64,000 bases of DNA from an uncultured Verrucomicrobiae bacterium (GTDB taxonomy: Bacteria > Verrucomicrobiota > Verrucomicrobiia > Methylacidiphilales > UBA1321): NCBI GenBank assembly GCA_963702985.1, contig OY969777.1:2662819-2726818 (forward strand), read 5' to 3'. Below the pieces are notes generated by a model, which saw nothing but the letters and a program-made list of their open reading frames with translations, was not told the origin of the DNA and did not search any database. Below are positions 59,964 through 64,000 of the stretch, piece by piece (within the stretch, counting starts at the first letter, position 1; each line of letters opens with the position of its first letter). Position numbers and translations under genes: made by a program.

Positions 59964-60386
59964 CTATCCCTGATTGGCGCGTCCCGGCGAACCGAGACGG
60001 ATCACTTCGATTTCCACGGGGACGATGCCGGCCCGCTTCATTCGCAGGACGTCGGCCGCGGCGGAGGAGACGTCGATGATGCGGTCGTCGTCGTCAAACG
60101 GGCCTCGATCGTTGATGCGCACCTCGACGCTGGCCCCATTCGCCCGGTTCGTCACGCGCACGATGGTGCCGAAAGGAAGCCCCCGATGGGCCGCGGTGAG
60201 CTGATGCATGTCGAATCTCTCGCCATCGGCGGTGAGATGCCCCTGTTGCTCGGAGCCGTACCACGAGGCCAGCCCGTGCTGCGTTTCACCGGCGTGGTAG
60301 CTTTGGGATGTGGTGGCGCAGCCCGTGAGCAGGCTTGCGACGAGGCCGAGCCGCGCGGCGAATGCGAAAGTGAAGCGATGGCGCAT
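59964..60386 (-). CDS. rlpA: RlpA-like lytic transglycosylase lipoprotein (DPBB domain)
   Basis: Lipobox LTGC; GLASWYG, TAAHRGLPFGT, INDRGPF. Confidence 0.88.
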   Translation of the reverse strand: MRHRFTFAFAARLGLVASLLTGCATTSQSYHAGETQHGLASWYGSEQQGHLTADGERFDMHQLTAAHRGLPFGTIVRVTNRANGASVEVRINDRGPFDDDDRIIDVSSAAADVLRMKRAGIVPVEIEVIRLGSPGRANQG

Positions 60387-60412
60387 GGCCTCCACTTTAA
60401 CGGGCGCGCGCC

Positions 60413-60688
60413 TCAATGGAAGAGATTTAGAAATGTCTCGTAGACGACGCCGCGGTGCTCGGCGAAAGGGCAAAAGATTCGGCGGCCATGCCCGCCGGTT
60501 TCGTAGCGAAAAATAATGCGATACGAGCGGACTCGAAGCCGAAAGTAGCCGTCCAAGTCGCCATCGAGGGCCTTGATGTCTCCCTTTTCTTCGGCCAGTT
60601 TGCGCAAGGCATCCCGGAGCCAGCGCCGAGGTTCGGGTGGGCAGGTGCGAATGAATTCCCGCACCTGGTCCGAGACATCAATCTTCAT
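60413..60688 (-). CDS. RelE-family toxin
   Basis: GDIKALDGDLDGYFRLRVRSYRIIF...EHRGVVYE. Confidence 0.85.
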   Translation of the reverse strand: MKIDVSDQVREFIRTCPPEPRRWLRDALRKLAEEKGDIKALDGDLDGYFRLRVRSYRIIFRYETGGHGRRIFCPFAEHRGVVYETFLNLFH

Positions 60689-60926
60689 CGAGGGACTCCA
60701 AGGGATAATACTTGGTCTTCCCATCGCGGTCTTTCCTGATGGCTTCCATCGCCTTGGGATTGCCCATGATTTCGAGGGTCTCGATGATCGCTTCCATCCG
60801 CTCGCGGGAAACGACGTAGGCCACCGCTTCGTCCCGTTTGGTGATGGTGATGAGGCCATGGGCGGCCTCGCGGACCACCCTGGGCAGGTTCGCCTGCGCA
60901 CTCGTGATGGAATACGTAGTTTTCAC
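60678..60926 (-). CDS. Phd/YefM antitoxin
   Basis: YSITSAQANLPRVV...ITKRDEAVA...ETLEIMGNP. Confidence 0.85.
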   Translation of the reverse strand: MKTTYSITSAQANLPRVVREAAHGLITITKRDEAVAYVVSRERMEAIIETLEIMGNPKAMEAIRKDRDGKTKYYPLESLDED

Positions 60927-60994
60927 GACAAAACTATAGATTATGCCCTTGGCGTTCGCAAGCTTGGAGAATCTGCTCGTTCCCAAGTGCAACT

Positions 60995-62419
60995 CACAGT
61001 CATCCCACAGGGATAAAATCAGAGGATAAGCTCAGAGGGAAGGAGGGTTCATTTATTGGAGATGGAGTTTAAAGATATTTCGGCTGTCCCACAGGTTTAG
61101 GTCGTCATGACGTGGAGCAGTCCGGGCAGGAAAGCGCTCTCGGGATGGGCGCACATGCGGCGTTTTTTGGGGTCGGCTGTCCCATAGCGTTCCAGCAGGG
61201 CGGCGAGGTCTTTGGGCATCCACAGGGTGGCGCGCAACAGGGTGAAGAGCCGCGAAAAACTGCCCGCCCAGCGGTGCACCCAGGCCAGAAAACGAAGCAG
61301 GACGTAGAGCAAAAGCGCGGTCCAAACCTGCCAGCGCACGGCGTTTTCGTTGTGGCCGAGGAAGTCGGCCAGTTGCAGGGTCTGCTTGATTTGCTTGAAG
61401 AAGACTTCGATTTGCCAGCGGCAGCGGTAGAGATCGGCCACGCTGGAGGCGGCCCAGTCGAGATGGTTGGTGAGGAAGGCCATTTCCTTTTCCACGCCGT
61501 CGACTTCGACCAGGGCCACGACGCGGCGCAGGGGTTCGGGGTAGTCGCGATGGGTTTTCCAGAGAGTCATCTTCACGATCTCGTCGCGGCGGATGCGGCC
61601 CGAAACCGGACGGCTTTCGATCACGCGGCAACGCATCTTTTCCTTGGCGCGGGTGACCCAGATCACGCCGCGCGCGTGCAGGGCGTAAAGATAGACGAAG
61701 ACGACATAGGCCTTGTCAAAAACGACGATCTCCCCGGCCTTCACCCCCGCGCAAAGCTCCGGCGCGCGCGCTCCATCGTCGCCCTCGCCCGCCGAGGCCA
61801 CCACCACGAAGCGCGGCAGGAGGCTGCCCCAGTCAAGCCGCACATGGCACTTGGCCGCCGCCTTGCGCCGCCGGTGCCGCGCCCAGTCGATGCAGTTGGC
61901 CACCAGCGTGAGTGTGGTCGAGTCCACCAAGTGAATGAGCCGCTTGAAACGAAAACCGTACCGGCGCGCCGTGCGGTGGCCGAAGCCCGGCGAGAGCTTT
62001 TGCAAATGCTCCAACGTCGCCCAGAACAGCCGCCGGACCAACTCCGGATCGCGCGCGCGATTGGCGTGGGAAAAGCCGTTGCGGCTCGGTGCTTTGGCCC
62101 CGCGAATGGCCTGGAGCTTGCCGGCGACGAAACTCAAGCCATCGCACACATCGTTCAAACTCAGCGCGTGGGCCAGTTGCGCGTAGAGCAGCGTCACCAC
62201 ATGGCTCCACGGCGTAAAGGCGCGAGACCTTTGCGCCACCCCCGTCTCCCGCGCCAGCTTCGGCACAAGATGAACAGGAATGAGTTTACAAATCTGGCCC
62301 AGAGTGGAAAATAACTTCGGCTTGGAGGTTGAGATTGTCATACCCTCTTCTTGTGAAGAGATTAATCCGCTTCCAAGCCCTTTTTTACCTATTCCCAAAC
62401 TTCCTGTGGGATGGCTGTG
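60995..62419. mobile_element. IS4-family insertion sequence (1425 bp) inserted in a REP hairpin
   Basis: TIR CACAGTCATCCCACAGG / CCTGTGGGATGGCTGTG. Confidence 0.85.
61097..62341 (-). CDS. IS4-family transposase (DUF4372 + DDE)
   Basis: LVDSTT, VFDKAY, YRCRWQIEVFFKQIKQ (YREK motif). Confidence 0.92.
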   Translation of the reverse strand: MTISTSKPKLFSTLGQICKLIPVHLVPKLARETGVAQRSRAFTPWSHVVTLLYAQLAHALSLNDVCDGLSFVAGKLQAIRGAKAPSRNGFSHANRARDPELVRRLFWATLEHLQKLSPGFGHRTARRYGFRFKRLIHLVDSTTLTLVANCIDWARHRRRKAAAKCHVRLDWGSLLPRFVVVASAGEGDDGARAPELCAGVKAGEIVVFDKAYVVFVYLYALHARGVIWVTRAKEKMRCRVIESRPVSGRIRRDEIVKMTLWKTHRDYPEPLRRVVALVEVDGVEKEMAFLTNHLDWAASSVADLYRCRWQIEVFFKQIKQTLQLADFLGHNENAVRWQVWTALLLYVLLRFLAWVHRWAGSFSRLFTLLRATLWMPKDLAALLERYGTADPKKRRMCAHPESAFLPGLLHVMTT

Positions 62420-62755
62420 AACTCCATTTGGGAACGCACTTGCCGAGGCAAGCCGATCTTCTTGGAAGCAGCAACAGAGTTGCACAGACAATGGCGTTCC
62501 AAAATAAAGTTTAAGAACGAGGGAAGGTGTTGCGCGCGGCACTCCGCCGGGGCAACCTCAAGGGATCGCGAACCTGGCCGCTGCGCACGGAATGGAGTCA
62601 ACCGTGCGGCCTCGGGGAAGGCCGCGTAAACGCACTTCCGAAAAAGTCTTGTCAACGACAAGCCTTGAGCCAAAATCATAGAAAGGAACCCATCCATGCC
62701 AAAAACTGTTGCCTCAAATGGGAAATTCCGGCGAAAATAGCTACCGTCCTTTTGC

Positions 62756-64000
62756 ATGCTTCATTTTATTCAAGCCCAGGCGTGGGGTGCGGTTATGGTT
62801 CTTGGGTTCATAGGTTGGGGAAACCTGGTGCTTAATGTACTAGCAAGTCGCTGGGTCTCTGGACGTTCGGGGGGGCTTGCCGCTACTGTTGGCATTTCCT
62901 TTGCCGTTTTCGTTGGGGGGGGGTTGAATCTGCTTCACCTCATCATTGGTTGGATTTTGATCAGCTTCATTCTTATCGGGTCCGGATATGCTTTCATGCA
63001 GATGATTTCCGCCTCCCGCCATAGGAATATCATACCTGAAATCAGGCCGCTTATATCTGCATGGAGTGGAACATGGCTTTGGCAGCGTGTCGCTGTTCTT
63101 TGTTTCATCTTTGTGCTCCTATTTAGAATGGCGAGCCTTCCGCGAGTGGATGATTACTATCCAACAGACGACGAGCAATTCTATCTCGCGACACCGGTCA
63201 AGATGATGAAGATGCATTACCTTGCAGAGGACCCCTTTAGCGAGCGCAGAATCCAGAGTTCCCTTGGAGGAAATTTCTTTTTGCAAGCTCTGGTGATGGG
63301 CGCTCTGCCGTTGCAGAACATACAAATGGCCGACAAATACCTGGGACTCGCGCTCATCATCTTAATTAGCCTGGCCTTGGCGAAACAGTTTAATCTGTCT
63401 CCCCTCGAAATAACGCTTTTCGGTATTATAGCGATGGCAATTCCTTCCACGGATATCAACCTGACCTTCGTCTTTCTTCCATCAGCTCTCTTTTTAGCTC
63501 TGGTTTTTCTTGGAACACAGACACTCTATCTGATCAAACGACCGGGTATTTATGCCTTTCTATTAGGTGCTATTTCCGGAGCCATTTGTTCGTTGAAGTC
63601 GGTTTATCTGCCTCATGCGGCAGCCTTCTGTCTGGCACTCTATCTTCTTTGGGGACTAGAGAAGGGATGGAAATTCGCCTTCAAGGGCTGGTTTTTTACT
63701 TTAATAGGCGCGCTGTTTATCCTAAGCCCCTGGATGGTCGCCATGCGGATCACCTGCGGGACATTCCTTTATCCGATTTTAGGAGCCGGGGATGATTTTA
63801 CGGCTTATCCATATTCACCGGCATCGACGGCAAGCTTGGCAGCCCATATGATTAGGGAGGGAGTTATCTTTGTCGTTCCGCTCGCTGTTCTTGGTTTCGC
63901 TCAACGTTTCTTTTTACGCCGGGACGACAACTCGAACGTCCTGCTTGCGTTGACTCTCGCCTGTTTGGCGGGAACCATCGCCATCGATTTCGCCACAGCG
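62756..64000 (+). CDS. Lower-GC polytopic membrane protein, runs off the right edge
   Basis: Manual translation MLHFIQAQAWG...TDDEQFYLATPVKM...DPFSERRIQSSLGG; absent from the ORF track, presumably because it has no stop in the window. Confidence 0.7.
   Translation, partial: MLHFIQAQAWGAVMVLGFIGWGNLVLNVLASRWVSGRSGGLAATVGISFAVFVGGGLNLLHLIIGWILISFILIGSGYAFMQMISASRHRNIIPEIRPLISAWSGTWLWQRVAVLCFIFVLLFRMASLPRVDDYYPTDDEQFYLATPVKMMKMHYLAEDPFSERRIQSSLGGNFFLQALVMGALPLQNIQMADKYLGLALIILISLALAKQFNLSPLEITLFGIIAMAIPSTDINLTFVFLPSALFLALVFLGTQTLYLIKRPGIYAFLLGAISGAICSLKSVYLPHAAAFCLALYLLWGLEKGWKFAFKGWFFTLIGALFILSPWMVAMRITCGTFLYPILGAGDDFTAYPYSPASTASLAAHMIREGVIFVVPLAVLGFAQRFFLRRDDNSNVLLALTLACLAGTIAIDFATA

Noticed and set aside
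62342-62542. N-terminal extension of the IS4 transposase to 481 aa
   Set aside because: It extends beyond the TIR at 62419; the likely start is MTIST at 62341.

Overview
GC-rich bacterial chromosomal segment, probably Verrucomicrobiota (inferred from gene style and families, not tested). The left part holds polysaccharide-degradation genes (partial GH2, GH78, GH28, a heparinase-II/III-like lipoprotein) and an 11-heme cytochrome c fused to a cytochrome b, next to a monoheme cytochrome c. These are followed by pheS, tRNA-Phe with an integrase relic, GT2/GT4 glycosyltransferases, ppc and glcD. The right part holds ribF-truB-nrnA and the rpmE-prfA-prmC-murA-coaD-yceD-rpmF-plsX-fabH block. The most interesting locus is 38.3-44.2 kb. 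It has a membrane-anchored DUF4388-FHA protein divergent from an operon encoding a Pro-rich/HhH/Roadblock fusion, a Myxococcus-type MglA GTPase and MglB. Three Flp (Tad) pilin genes with sigma54-like promoter motifs follow directly. A fourth Flp pilin sits at 57.5 kb between a GT-C-like membrane protein and a GYF_2-M50 protease. The window is also dense in small mobile DNA: two MITE families that carry REP-like hairpins, several REP families, two IS elements, and a parE toxin gene that can be rebuilt by removing two different mini-elements. Single-base insertions in several genes (including essential pheS and murA) are most likely sequencing or assembly errors.
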